Shown: positions 29,106 to 39,445 of the stretch, in pieces | Position numbering within the stretch: the first letter of the stretch is position 1 | How the letters are laid out: every line of letters starts with the position of its first letter | Origin: an uncultured Pseudomonadota bacterium | GTDB taxonomy: Bacteria; Pseudomonadota; Alphaproteobacteria; Rs-D84 | Length of the DNA stretch: 64,000 nucleotides | Reading direction: 5' to 3' | Assembly (NCBI GenBank): GCA_902762295.1 | Contig: CACWNX010000001.1 | Location: 532,094 to 596,093, forward strand | Made by a program: the position numbers and the translations under genes | The notes under the pieces: generated by a model | What the model was told of the DNA's origin: nothing | The model's database searches: none | The model's input: only the letters and a program-made list of their open reading frames with translations

Positions 29106-29807
29106 ATGAATACGATTCAGATTGGCGGGTTGGTATCGTTCACAACGATAGATTATCCGGGCAAATTGGCATGTGTGCTGTTTCTGGTTGGTTGTCCAAT
29201 TCGTTGTGCGTATTGTTCCAACCCGCATCTGATTCCGTGTGAATCGGGCGAATACGATCCCGAAAAAATTTTTGATTGGTTAAAGACGCGGGTTGGTAAG
29301 TTAGAAGCCGTCGTCTTTTCCGGTGGAGAGGCACTGATGCAGGGCCCCGCACTTTTTGAATATATACGCCGTGTGCGCGATTTGGGCTTCAAAATTGGTT
29401 TGCATACCAATGGATTTTATCCTGAAAATTTAGCCGCTGCCTCGGATTTAGTTGATTGGATTGGCCTGGATTACAAGGCGACAAAATCAAATTATGAAAA
29501 ATTAACTGGTGTAAATATCGCCTATGAACGGATGATAAAAAGTCTTGATATATGGGCAAAAACCGGCAAGCCATGTGAAGTTCGGACGACTTGTGATCCA
29601 AGATTTGTTTCGTCCGATGATTTACGAAAAATTGCGCACGATGTGGCATCGCGCGGAATTAAAAACTTTGCCGTTCAGAAATATGTTCCACATTTTGAAG
29701 ATGATGAACACAAAACAAGTGCCGAAATGCGAAATGCATTTTTTAATGATGATGATTTGCGCGACGAAATAAATTCTCTGTTTGAAACCGTAACCTGGCG
29801 GGAATAA
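29106..29807 (+). CDS. nrdG: Anaerobic RNR activating protein, radical SAM.
   Basis: CPIRCAYCSNP is a CxxxCxxC radical-SAM cluster near the N-terminus. Immediately downstream of nrdD. Confidence 0.85.
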   Translation: MNTIQIGGLVSFTTIDYPGKLACVLFLVGCPIRCAYCSNPHLIPCESGEYDPEKIFDWLKTRVGKLEAVVFSGGEALMQGPALFEYIRRVRDLGFKIGLHTNGFYPENLAAASDLVDWIGLDYKATKSNYEKLTGVNIAYERMIKSLDIWAKTGKPCEVRTTCDPRFVSSDDLRKIAHDVASRGIKNFAVQKYVPHFEDDEHKTSAEMRNAFFNDDDLRDEINSLFETVTWRE

Positions 29808-29809
29808 TA

Positions 29810-30391
29810 TCAATTTTCATAGATAAACAATTTATGTGGCCACACAATGCCATTCCATCGTGTTGCGCCATATCGCGACAAATCAACGGTGCGGGCGGGG
29901 CGCATTCCGCGTATCGGCGCATCCAATGTTATTAAAACGCGGAATTTTTTTGCATATGGACGCAATTTATCGTTTATGCCCGGTCCCAGATATGCAATGC
30001 CTATATCAATATGCCGGCGCATTTTTCTGATGTATTTAAATGCGTCGGCACGAATCGCAATGCAATTACGCGTACGAAAAATAAAATTAAACATTTTCAA
30101 TACAGCAAATGAAAACGGCATATTTTCAATCGCGTAAACCGTTGCATTGGTGCGACGGGCAATTTGTCGTGCCAGTCCACCATATCCTGCACCAATTTCT
30201 ATAACAGTTTTTGCATTTGTATAGCGTGTGCGAATTTCCTGCACAACCGCGCGGCGTAATGCATCAGCGGATGGTACGAAAGGAATTTGGTGAAAACGAA
30301 AAACACACAATGCACGCTCGATATTTTGTATTATTTTATACAAAATGAACACGCCCATCAGGACACATAAAACTATAAGAAATGTTTTCAT
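29810..30391 (-). CDS. SAM-dependent methyltransferase (KsgA/Erm-like fold) with an N-terminal TM segment.
   Basis: Motif I VIEIGAGYGGLAR. Confidence 0.65.
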   Translation of the reverse strand: MKTFLIVLCVLMGVFILYKIIQNIERALCVFRFHQIPFVPSADALRRAVVQEIRTRYTNAKTVIEIGAGYGGLARQIARRTNATVYAIENMPFSFAVLKMFNFIFRTRNCIAIRADAFKYIRKMRRHIDIGIAYLGPGINDKLRPYAKKFRVLITLDAPIRGMRPARTVDLSRYGATRWNGIVWPHKLFIYEN

Positions 30392-30485
30392 AAATACAAT
30401 TATATCATAAATTAATCAAACCACTATTAACTATTTATTTGCGTTTTGGAAAAAATGCTGTATTATGTACCCCTGAAATTGAATC

Positions 30486-30579
30486 CGGATGGTTGGCAGA
30501 GCGGTTGAATGCATCCGACTTGAAATCGGACAAGGTATGAAATAAGACCTTCGGGGGTTCAAATCCCTCACCATCCGCC
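30486..30579 (+). tRNA. tRNA-Ser (anticodon TGA).
   Basis: GGATGGTTGGCAGAGCGGTTGAATGCATCCGACTTGAAATCGG + a long variable arm + GGGGGTTCAAATCCCTC ACCATCC G CCA. The anticodon loop CTTGAAA gives TGA. Confidence 0.85.
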
Positions 30580-30741
30580 AGTAATTAACCCGCCCAAAGT
30601 GGCGGGTAAATTTGTGGTGGACGAAGGGTGAATGTGCCCGCTTTGCAACAAAGTTGCAAAAGGGTTCACACGATAGTTGATGAAAACAAGTGCGCAGCAC
30701 GCAGTTTGAATCTTACGTGTGGTGAGCGTATGCGAACAAAT

Positions 30742-30800
30742 CCCGTGCTTCCGCCAGATTAAAATTTTTAAAAAAATTGCCAAGGGTGTTTTTTTATTTT
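30742..30800. repeat. Copy 1 of a ~50-bp element: CCGCCAGATTAAAAT...GCCAAGGGTGTTTTTTT.
   Basis: Near-identical to the element at 31474-31540 on the other side of the nudix gene. Related to the GCCARAAATCAAAAAT modules at 12866-13443. Confidence 0.55.
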
Positions 30801-30846
30801 ATTTTTCTTTCTGTTTTATTATCATATACCGGGCAAAGGAGATTTT

Positions 30847-31452
30847 ATGGAATATCTTGATATTTATGACGAATATATGAATAAAATCGGACAAGAGCCC
30901 CGTGACACGGTTCACCAAAACGGTTTGTGGCATAAGACTGTGCATTGTTGGATGTATGATGATGCGGGCAATATTTATTTTCAAATTCGTGCAGATTCTG
31001 GTAAACTATATACTACTGCATCTGGGCATGTGTTGGCGGGTGAAACAGTGCGAGATGCTTTCCACCGCGAAATATTCGAAGAAATCGGTATTAATACCGA
31101 TGCATCAAATGCTGTCGCATTAGATATCGTATTTTGGAGGCAAGACAAACCACAAAAAAACTGGCACGATCGTGCTTTTGCGCATATTTATGCAAATAAA
31201 TTACCGACCGGATTTACAGATTTCCATTTTCAACCTGACGAAGTTGCCGGATTGGTTCGTATAAATGCAAAAGATTGCCTTGATTTGTTAATGGATAAAT
31301 ATACTTCTGTACGTGCAATAAAAATTACAGCCAATCAATCGACGGATGTTGATATTACAAAAAACGATTTTCTGGCTGCGTCTAATGAAACACCTGTCGT
31401 AAAATATGGTTTTGTATTGCAAAGCATCATCCAGCAAAATTCGCATATTTAA
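30847..31452 (+). CDS. NUDIX hydrolase.
   Basis: Nudix box GETVRDAFHREIFEEIGI (GX5EX7REUXEEXGU). Confidence 0.8.
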   Translation: MEYLDIYDEYMNKIGQEPRDTVHQNGLWHKTVHCWMYDDAGNIYFQIRADSGKLYTTASGHVLAGETVRDAFHREIFEEIGINTDASNAVALDIVFWRQDKPQKNWHDRAFAHIYANKLPTGFTDFHFQPDEVAGLVRINAKDCLDLLMDKYTSVRAIKITANQSTDVDITKNDFLAASNETPVVKYGFVLQSIIQQNSHI

Positions 31453-31473
31453 GTACGGAAAATTTTGCAACAA

Positions 31474-31540
31474 AGTACTAGCCCGCCAGATTAAAATCAA
31501 AACACTCGCCATGGGTGTTTTATTTTTGTTGAGATTAGTA
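31474..31540. repeat. Copy 2 of the ~50-bp element: CCCGCCAGATTAAAATCAAAACACTCGCCATGGGTGTTTTATTTTT.
   Basis: See the copy at 30742. The pair flanks the nudix gene as direct repeats. Confidence 0.55.
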
Positions 31541-31557
31541 TCGGGCTTAATGTTTAA

Positions 31558-32376
31558 TTATTTCAATTTGGACTTTAAATTTTGTATTACCCGATTCAAA
31601 CTGTCGCGTTCTGCATCAAACTTTGCAATTCTATGTGAACGAACAGATTCATCGTGTGCAATGTTTGATTCTAATTCAATAATTTTTTTATGATTTTGAA
31701 TGAATTCATTACGAATGCGACCTATTTCAGGTACTGAAAAATTCGGCATTGTGTCAGATATAAACGCAAATTCATTGTCATCAAGATATTTATAAAACAA
31801 ATTTTGTGAATTCTCGTTATAAAATTGAAAAATCACCCCGTTGTCAAACTCTACCCCATATGGCATCAATTCAATTGGTGTTATATACAGGTAATCTACG
31901 ATATCTGTAAACGCGCGCAGTGGTGTTGTCGCATTTATTGGCATATAAGATTTTGCATATTTATAAACAACGTCATCAGACTTTGATACTTTATACAAAT
32001 GTGATGAAATAACCGCATTTATGTTTTTAATTTGATCTAGGCTTAAAAATTTACCCAAGGTATACTTCTTATCCAAACGGTCAAAATAATTGTGCAATGC
32101 GACACCAAATAACACATCATTACGTTCTTCAATTGAATCGATCATATGACGTGCTTGTGATGTTTTATCAAATTCAGACGTATCCGCAATATACGCATTT
32201 TTATCTGTTTCATTTTGTTTCAAGGCAGATTGCGTGCGCGCAATTTCCTGTTTTATCTTGCGTTGATTGCCATAATAGCCCCCAAATGCCAACGCAATCG
32301 CCAATAACCCAAAAATTCCAGAATAATGCGTACGATTTTTTATATTTTGTTCTTTTAAATTATTTGTTTTTTTCAT
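31558..32376 (-). CDS. Hypothetical membrane-anchored coiled-coil protein (272 aa).
   Basis: N-terminal TM IFGLLAIALAFGGYYG, then coiled-coil. Confidence 0.55.
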   Translation of the reverse strand: MKKTNNLKEQNIKNRTHYSGIFGLLAIALAFGGYYGNQRKIKQEIARTQSALKQNETDKNAYIADTSEFDKTSQARHMIDSIEERNDVLFGVALHNYFDRLDKKYTLGKFLSLDQIKNINAVISSHLYKVSKSDDVVYKYAKSYMPINATTPLRAFTDIVDYLYITPIELMPYGVEFDNGVIFQFYNENSQNLFYKYLDDNEFAFISDTMPNFSVPEIGRIRNEFIQNHKKIIELESNIAHDESVRSHRIAKFDAERDSLNRVIQNLKSKLK

Positions 32377-32489
32377 TTTAACTACTTCTTGATTTGTTTA
32401 ACCCAGAATTTATACTACAAAAAAATCAAACAGCAACTAAAAGTTTAAAAAAAACCGCCGTTCGGCGGTTTAAACAAATAAGATTCTTG

Positions 32490-33488
32490 TTATATCAGTT
32501 TTCCCATGGCAACGGCGGTATCACTCATTCGGTTTGAAAATCCCCATTCGTTGTCATACCATGCCGTTACATGCGCCAATTTCCCATCCAGAACATGTGT
32601 CTGACTGGCATCAAATACCGAACTGTATGCATCGTGTGTAAAATCAACCGATACCAACGGTAATTCGTTATAACCAAATATCTTTGAAACAGAATCACGC
32701 ATTGCAGAATTAATTTTTTCAACCGTTGTGGATTTTTTTAAATTTACAACCAATTCAACGACCGATACATCTGGGGTTGGAACGCGAATTGCGATACCGT
32801 CTAATTTACCCGCCAATTTTGGCAAGACTAATCCAATGGCCTTGGCGGCACCGGTGCTGGTCGGAATCATGGACAGCCCGGCTGCACGCGCACGACGAAA
32901 ATCTTTGTGCGTTTTATCTAATAACTGTTGGTCCCCGGTGTATGCATGTACAGTTGTCATCCAACCCGATTCAATACCAAACTTTTTATCCAAAATCGCC
33001 ACAACCGGTGCCAGACAATTTGTTGTGCATGATGCGTTTGAAACAATAACATCATTCTTTGTAAGTGTTTTTTCGTTCACACCGAACACAATCGTTTTGT
33101 CTGCACCCGCCGATGGTGCCGATACCAGAACGCGTTGTGCGCCCGCATCTAGGTGCACGCGTGCTTTATCCGCAGCGGTAAATATACCTGTACATTCCAT
33201 AACAATATCTATCTTCATTTCGCGCCATGGCAATTTTGTCGGGTCTTTTTCGGCAATACATTTGATTTTTTGGTTTCCAACAGTGATAATGTCGCCATTT
33301 AATTTTACATCCATTGGCAATTTTCCATGCACAGAATCATACTGCAATAAATAGGCATTCTGTTCTGCCGGTGCCAGATCGTTTATCGCGACAAATTCAA
33401 TATCTTTCCGTCCCGATTCCAGCGCCGCACGCAGAACCAGACGACCAATACGACCAAATCCATTTATTGCAACACGTATTTTTGACAT
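32490..33488 (-). CDS. gap: Glyceraldehyde-3-phosphate dehydrogenase.
   Basis: MSKIRVAINGFGRIGRLV NAD-binding N-terminus; active-site region SNASCTTNCLAP. Confidence 0.9.
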   Translation of the reverse strand: MSKIRVAINGFGRIGRLVLRAALESGRKDIEFVAINDLAPAEQNAYLLQYDSVHGKLPMDVKLNGDIITVGNQKIKCIAEKDPTKLPWREMKIDIVMECTGIFTAADKARVHLDAGAQRVLVSAPSAGADKTIVFGVNEKTLTKNDVIVSNASCTTNCLAPVVAILDKKFGIESGWMTTVHAYTGDQQLLDKTHKDFRRARAAGLSMIPTSTGAAKAIGLVLPKLAGKLDGIAIRVPTPDVSVVELVVNLKKSTTVEKINSAMRDSVSKIFGYNELPLVSVDFTHDAYSSVFDASQTHVLDGKLAHVTAWYDNEWGFSNRMSDTAVAMGKLI

Positions 33489-33609
33489 ATTTTACCTTCC
33501 TTTTGTTTTATATTTTTTGCTTGGTATATCTTAGCACTATTTGCGATGAATTCCAATCTGAATTTTTTATCATGCTTGAATTTGCAGATTAGGGCGGTAT
33601 AATGCACAT

Positions 33610-34497
33610 ATGATTAAACACAGTGCATATATTATTACTGGACCAACGGCATCAGGTAAATCATCATTCGCGCATGCATTGGCACGACGTGTCCATGGCG
33701 CAATTATAAATGCCGACAGTGTGCAAATTTATCGTGGTATAGAAAATATTTCGGCAAGTCCGTTTGCCGGTCGTCCTGTTTCTAATGAAATAGATGGTAT
33801 TCCGTATCGGTTGTTTTCAATTTTAACATTAAATGAACAGATTAGTGTTGCCGATTATATTAAAATGGCGCGTGAACAATATGATTCGGTCATATCGGAT
33901 GGATATGTTCCAATATTTGTAGGTGGAACAGGTTTCTATATAAACGGTATTATAAATGGGATTTCGCCAATTCCCGAAGTGTCGGTGTCAAATCGTCAAA
34001 AGGCACGTGCGATGGTTGCGGATGATTTAGATGTGGCACGTGCGATGGTACCAACATGTACGGCAACCGACCCGCAACGTGTTGCACGCGCACTGGAAGT
34101 GTTGTTTGAAACGGGTTGTCAATTATCCGATTGGCAAAAAATGCCGCGCATAGGTGCAATTTTACCGATGCCGTTCAGAATTTTGATAAACCCACCCCTG
34201 GATGAACTGCGTCAACGAATTGCGGCACGGATTCCGGAAATGATATTGGGTGGTGCACTGGACGAAGCAAAGTATATCAACGATAATAATTTTGATGTTC
34301 GGCGCGCCATTGGTGCTGAACAGTTGTGCGCGTATCTGGATGGCGAAATTTCACGTGACGATGCAATTGAAAATTGGATAACAAAAACAAATCAATATGC
34401 AAAACGGCAAAGAACTTGGTTTAAGACCCAGTTCAATGCCGATTTAACAATAAACCATATTCCAAATGAAAACGATTCGGATTTAGTTTTGAATTAA
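33610..34497 (+). CDS. miaA: tRNA dimethylallyltransferase.
   Basis: P-loop IITGPTASGKS and the MiaA family pattern. Confidence 0.9.
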   Translation: MIKHSAYIITGPTASGKSSFAHALARRVHGAIINADSVQIYRGIENISASPFAGRPVSNEIDGIPYRLFSILTLNEQISVADYIKMAREQYDSVISDGYVPIFVGGTGFYINGIINGISPIPEVSVSNRQKARAMVADDLDVARAMVPTCTATDPQRVARALEVLFETGCQLSDWQKMPRIGAILPMPFRILINPPLDELRQRIAARIPEMILGGALDEAKYINDNNFDVRRAIGAEQLCAYLDGEISRDDAIENWITKTNQYAKRQRTWFKTQFNADLTINHIPNENDSDLVLN

Positions 34498-34498
34498 A

Positions 34499-35086
34499 TT
34501 ATTTGCTGTGTGAATTTTTTTGAAAACGTATTTGGTCTGGACTGATAATGGTTTTTCCGGTTTTTGTTTTTGTTGGAACGAAACCTTCACCATTTGCGGT
34601 TGCGCGATATGCAAATCCAGGCCCAAGATTTTCCGCAATTTGTTTGCGTTCATGAAAATTTTTGTTGATGCGATTGCGTTTTGCGCGTTTCGCTTCTTTT
34701 GCCTGAATCAGTTTTTTAACATACGGAAAATCTGTATAAAAACTGTCAATCAAGTCGTGACGTGCGGTGCAATAATCACCATCATATTTGGGGGCGCGCT
34801 TTGTAAAGTGTGCCAGATAACGCGCCATCCACTGGGTCATCGGAAATAAAAATTCAATATCTGTGTTTGATATAGTCATAATAAACACGCGTGATTTACG
34901 CACGATAAAATCCATGTTTTCGGGTGTGCACGGTGTGGTTTCACGCCATGTAGCCTTGATTTCCGGAATGGTCGGAATGAATTTTATATAGTGATTGTCA
35001 CGCAGAGATTCTGCGATATATTGTGTAAAGCGATCTTTTTCTTGTTCAAATTCGGTTACATACTTTTCATTTATTTTTTCGGACAT
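34499..35086 (-). CDS. Hypothetical protein (195 aa).
   Basis: ORF from the track. Basic C-terminus. Confidence 0.5.
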   Translation of the reverse strand: MSEKINEKYVTEFEQEKDRFTQYIAESLRDNHYIKFIPTIPEIKATWRETTPCTPENMDFIVRKSRVFIMTISNTDIEFLFPMTQWMARYLAHFTKRAPKYDGDYCTARHDLIDSFYTDFPYVKKLIQAKEAKRAKRNRINKNFHERKQIAENLGPGFAYRATANGEGFVPTKTKTGKTIISPDQIRFQKNSHSK

Positions 35087-35202
35087 ATATTACCCCCTTT
35101 GGTGTTTGTCTTATGTGAATAAGTATAATACATTATTTTGTTTTGTCAAGAGAATCAATAAATGGTGTTGAAAAGTGATAAGAAAACGGCTAATTTAAAA
35201 CC

Positions 35203-37404
35203 ATGTTTAAGTCTGGAACAGTTGTAAAAGTTTTACTGCCAAATGTTGTGAATTCTGGGTACGACTATCGGTTGATTGCTGATGCCGATTTAGGTACTTT
35301 TGTGCGTGTGACGGTTATGAATCGTCCGTATATTGGTGTGGTTTTTGGAATAGGGGACAGTGGTTTACCGGCCGATAAAATAAAAAATGTGCAGCGGGTT
35401 TTTCCTTGGAAAATATCAGTGGCGGATTTGCAATGGATTCAAAAAATGTCTGATTGGACACTGATGACACCCGGTGCAGTTTTGCGTTTGATTCTGAATG
35501 TGCCGGACGCGTTTTGCGAGCCGCGAACCGAGCAACTGTATTCATATAACTTTGATGCCAACAAATCCAAAATGACCGAAAATCGTCAAATGGTTTTTGA
35601 TGCGTTTGAAATGAACGATAATGAACCAATGTCAATAACTGATATTCAAAATATCGCACATGTTGGGGCATCGGTTGTTCGTACAATGGTTGCTCGTGGA
35701 ATGCTGAATCCGGTTGCATCACGAAATATTGTGCGAACATTTAAATATGAATATTCAGACATAGGTACAGTAGAACTTAATAAAGAGCAACGCGCAGCCG
35801 CCGATGCGATTGCGCGCGATATCACCAATGGGGGCTTTTCAGTGAATTTACTTGATGGTATCACCGGCAGTGGTAAAACCCAGGTGTATTTTGATTCGGC
35901 ATGGCGTGCATACAGCACCGGTAAATCGGTATTGCTAATGATGCCGGAAATCGCACTGACCGCCCAATTTATAAAAAGATTTGAATCGCGATTTGGTGCG
36001 CCACCTGTTGTTTGGCACAGTAATTTAACCGCTGCGCGTAGGCGCGATATATGGCGTGGTGTTATGTGCGGTGATATTCGTATGGTCGTTGGAACGCGCA
36101 GTGCATTGTTTCTGCCGTGGCAAAATCTTGGTTTGATTGTGGTGGACGAAGAGCATGATTCATCATATAAACAGGAAGATATGGGGAACTATCATGGACG
36201 CGATATGGCGATTTTGCGCGCAAAATTGTCCGATTTTCCGGTCGTATTGGCCAGTGCGACACCATCCGAAGAAACAATGCGCAATGTTGAAATTGGTCGT
36301 TTTGGACACTTGATTTTAAAGTCGCGATATGGTGGTGCCGAATTACCAAAAATTGAAACAATCGATATGCGCGAAAATAAACCGGCAGAATATTGTGTGA
36401 ATTCGGAAACCGGCGATATGAAGCCGGGGTATTTGTCACCGATGCTCTGCGATGCGATTGGCGAAGTTTTGAATAAACATCAGCAGGCAATGTTATTCAT
36501 AAATCGTCGTGGTTTTGCACCGATTGTTCAATGTAAAAAATGTGGTTGGGTTGCGACATGTCCAGATTGTTCAATTGGTATGACATACCATAAAAAAATT
36601 GGAAAACTATTATGTCACATATGTGGGCGAACCGTAAGTTTGCCTGATAAATGTCCCGACTGTGGCAATGATGTTTCAATGCGTGGCGCAGGTTTGGAAA
36701 AAATAGAAGAAGAAGTACATGTAAAATTTCCACATGCGCGAACCGCCCTGGTGTCCAGCGATACAATGGTGTCGCGTGGTGCACTGGAACGAATGGTTAT
36801 GCGTATGGAATCGGGCGAATTAGATATAATAATTGGAACACAAATTTTGGCCAAGGGACACCATTTTCCAAATCTGACATTGGTTGGTGTTGTTGATGCC
36901 GATATGGGATTATTCGGAACGGATTTTCGCGCCCCCGAACACACATTTCAACAATTATTCCAGGTCGCCGGTCGTGCCGGTCGTGGCGCGATGCCTGGGC
37001 GTGTAATGTTGCAAACATATCAACCAACACACCCTGTGTTGGTTGCAATTTGTAATGGTAATCGTGATGAGTTCCTGCACGCCGATATGGATGCCCGCAA
37101 ATCTGCAAAGATGCCCCCGTTTGGTCAATTGGTTGCCGTTATTGTAGAATGCAAGAACGAATCAAAATTAAAAAAATTCTGTGATGAATTGGCACAAAGT
37201 GTTCCAAATGCATCTGGGGTGCGCATAATGGGCCCGATTGTTGCGCAAATGTACCAAGTTCGTGGTTTTTATCGTATGCGATTTCTTGTTTGTGGTGATG
37301 CACGTTCGGCGCTGCAACCGATTGTAAAACTATGGATGTCTCGTGTAAATGTGCCGGCAAATATTCGTGTTAAATTAGATGTTGGTCCCCAAAATTTTAT
37401 GTAA
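35203..37404 (+). CDS. priA: Primosomal protein N' (PriA helicase).
   Basis: Walker A DGITGSGKTQVYF, DEEH box, Cys-rich Zn region (CKKCGW...CPDC...CHICG...CPDCG). Confidence 0.9.
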   Translation: MFKSGTVVKVLLPNVVNSGYDYRLIADADLGTFVRVTVMNRPYIGVVFGIGDSGLPADKIKNVQRVFPWKISVADLQWIQKMSDWTLMTPGAVLRLILNVPDAFCEPRTEQLYSYNFDANKSKMTENRQMVFDAFEMNDNEPMSITDIQNIAHVGASVVRTMVARGMLNPVASRNIVRTFKYEYSDIGTVELNKEQRAAADAIARDITNGGFSVNLLDGITGSGKTQVYFDSAWRAYSTGKSVLLMMPEIALTAQFIKRFESRFGAPPVVWHSNLTAARRRDIWRGVMCGDIRMVVGTRSALFLPWQNLGLIVVDEEHDSSYKQEDMGNYHGRDMAILRAKLSDFPVVLASATPSEETMRNVEIGRFGHLILKSRYGGAELPKIETIDMRENKPAEYCVNSETGDMKPGYLSPMLCDAIGEVLNKHQQAMLFINRRGFAPIVQCKKCGWVATCPDCSIGMTYHKKIGKLLCHICGRTVSLPDKCPDCGNDVSMRGAGLEKIEEEVHVKFPHARTALVSSDTMVSRGALERMVMRMESGELDIIIGTQILAKGHHFPNLTLVGVVDADMGLFGTDFRAPEHTFQQLFQVAGRAGRGAMPGRVMLQTYQPTHPVLVAICNGNRDEFLHADMDARKSAKMPPFGQLVAVIVECKNESKLKKFCDELAQSVPNASGVRIMGPIVAQMYQVRGFYRMRFLVCGDARSALQPIVKLWMSRVNVPANIRVKLDVGPQNFM

Positions 37405-37432
37405 TAAAAAACCGTGCAATCGCACGGTAATT

Positions 37433-37786
37433 TTATCTTCGGCGCAAAATTCCCAACGCGCGTGTAAACAAAGACGGTTGATTCATAAGTTCTTTTTCGC
37501 GATTATTTGATTTTTGCTGCGCAGCACTTGGCATCGGGTTTGTCTGGCGACGAATCATTGCACGAATAACATCAATGTCTTTGTACAACAAATTTGCGCG
37601 ATAGCGGTCATATACATCGCCTGGTTCTGGAATTTCTTGTAATTGTGAACGCAGTGCATCTTCTTTTTGATGCAGCCATTTGATATAACTTTCCTTATCT
37701 AATATTTCACCATTACGTGAAACAATGTTCGCATTCAGCATTTCATCAAAGAATGCTTTTTCGGTTTCTTGCAGATAGTTTGACAT
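37433..37786 (-). CDS. Hypothetical protein (117 aa).
   Basis: ORF from the track. Confidence 0.45.
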   Translation of the reverse strand: MSNYLQETEKAFFDEMLNANIVSRNGEILDKESYIKWLHQKEDALRSQLQEIPEPGDVYDRYRANLLYKDIDVIRAMIRRQTNPMPSAAQQKSNNREKELMNQPSLFTRALGILRRR

Positions 37787-37816
37787 TTCGTTTCCCTTTT
37801 TTGTTTTTATTATTTT

Positions 37817-38812
37817 TTATACAACCTCGGTCACGGCGCGCAGTGAACCATCACGCGAAAGTTGCACAACACGAATCTTTTGCTTCATTTCCGCAATTAA
37901 ATCGGTACGATCATATGCAGGCTGGGTGTGTAAAATACGGTCCGCGAATGCAGCATATGCGGCATCGGCGCTTTCTGCGTGAATCGTTGTATAGAAATGT
38001 TCATGGCCCGTTCCCAACATTTCCCACATCACCGCCGCATTATCGGTCGATATTTCGCCACCTATAATTACATCGGGTGTCATACGAACCACCAAATCTA
38101 ATAATCGCGCATAGTTAAAATCATTTGTTTGTTCTGTACGCGATAATACAAAGTGAACACGATTTTTTTGTGGAACGCGGACTTCGCGTGCATCTTCAAC
38201 CGTGATAACACGACTGTTTTGGTCAATCAGTGTCAGCATGTGGTTCAGAAATGTTGTTTTCCCGGTTGCGGTTGCACCACTGATAATAATCGGACTGCCG
38301 TCGTTTATTGCGGACATCAAGCGGTCATATGGGTCATCAGGGCGATTCGTTTCACGTGGTTTTACACGCATTAATTTTTCGCCACGTTTTAAATGATAGT
38401 TTTCAAATGATGTTTCGGATACCCCACCACCACGGATATTTAACGCAACACCACCGGTTATATCGCGTTCATCATATTGAACATTTGGCCCGGCAATCGC
38501 ACTGAAACGGTGGTTACCCGGTAATGTCGCATAGACAACCGGCATTCCGTGAATCGGGTCAAATGGTCGTTCATAGATATTTGCAATTGTGTGAATTAAA
38601 TCAACCAAGTATTGTTTTGAAAGTATCGGTGCATCATATGCAACCCACGGAACGCGCGCGCCGTGCAGACGCATCCAGACTTCGCCGGCGTGATTTATGG
38701 CGATTTCTTCAACAAATGATGGACGGTAAAAATCCGCCAACGGTTTCAATAAAGATTCTAATACAATATTTGACATCAAATCTATTTTATCATAAATCGG
38801 TGCTTGAATCAA
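37817..38812 (-). CDS. virB11: Type IV secretion ATPase VirB11.
   Basis: N-terminus LLKPLADFYRPSFVEEIAINHAGEVW matches the VirB11 N-terminal pattern (LLKPIL...EEIAINRPGE). Walker A ISGATATGKTT. 331 aa. Confidence 0.8.
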   Translation of the reverse strand: MIQAPIYDKIDLMSNIVLESLLKPLADFYRPSFVEEIAINHAGEVWMRLHGARVPWVAYDAPILSKQYLVDLIHTIANIYERPFDPIHGMPVVYATLPGNHRFSAIAGPNVQYDERDITGGVALNIRGGGVSETSFENYHLKRGEKLMRVKPRETNRPDDPYDRLMSAINDGSPIIISGATATGKTTFLNHMLTLIDQNSRVITVEDAREVRVPQKNRVHFVLSRTEQTNDFNYARLLDLVVRMTPDVIIGGEISTDNAAVMWEMLGTGHEHFYTTIHAESADAAYAAFADRILHTQPAYDRTDLIAEMKQKIRVVQLSRDGSLRAVTEVV

Positions 38813-38853
38813 AAAAGTTTATTTGATAGAATCACAAAAAAGAGAGAAGAAAA

Positions 38854-39414
38854 ATGAAAAAATTATTTTTGCTTTTTATTGGTCTAGGACTTGCACTGAC
38901 TGGATGCAGTGGTACAGATCGGCCCTATGATGTGGATGATTTTGAAAATGGTGGACCGAATGCGCCACTGTATAACGAACGAACCGGCGCGATGATGCAG
39001 GCGGACAACCAGTATGCAGGTATCGATTCTTATCGCCCAAAAACCGAATTAGAAAAGGAAGAAAAAAATAAGCGCTGGAATACATCGCGTATGGAAACCC
39101 GTTGGCAGGAGTATAAAGGCGCAATGGTGCGGGTTCAGATACTGCTGGGGAACAGCGATTTGCGCGAAATGCGCCTGCGCTTAATGCAAAATGCGGACGG
39201 TATGGATATGAATCGTGATATTCGTGGCGTGTTGTCCCAGGTCGCAGATTATGAAATGAAACGCGTATGTGGTCGTAATGCCGATGGTATTGTCTTGGTT
39301 TATGATAACCCATCGTTTGAAACTATGCGACCGACACCGTTTTTTGATTATCGCATAGAGGCCGAGGGTGCAACAATGCGCGAATATGGTTTCCGGTGCG
39401 TTTATAACAACTAG
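38854..39414 (+). CDS. Lipoprotein, hypothetical (186 aa).
   Basis: MKKLFLLFIGLGLALTGCSG lipobox. Confidence 0.6.
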   Translation: MKKLFLLFIGLGLALTGCSGTDRPYDVDDFENGGPNAPLYNERTGAMMQADNQYAGIDSYRPKTELEKEEKNKRWNTSRMETRWQEYKGAMVRVQILLGNSDLREMRLRLMQNADGMDMNRDIRGVLSQVADYEMKRVCGRNADGIVLVYDNPSFETMRPTPFFDYRIEAEGATMREYGFRCVYNN

Positions 39415-39445
39415 CAAAACAAACTTAACAAAAAAAGGATGAAAG

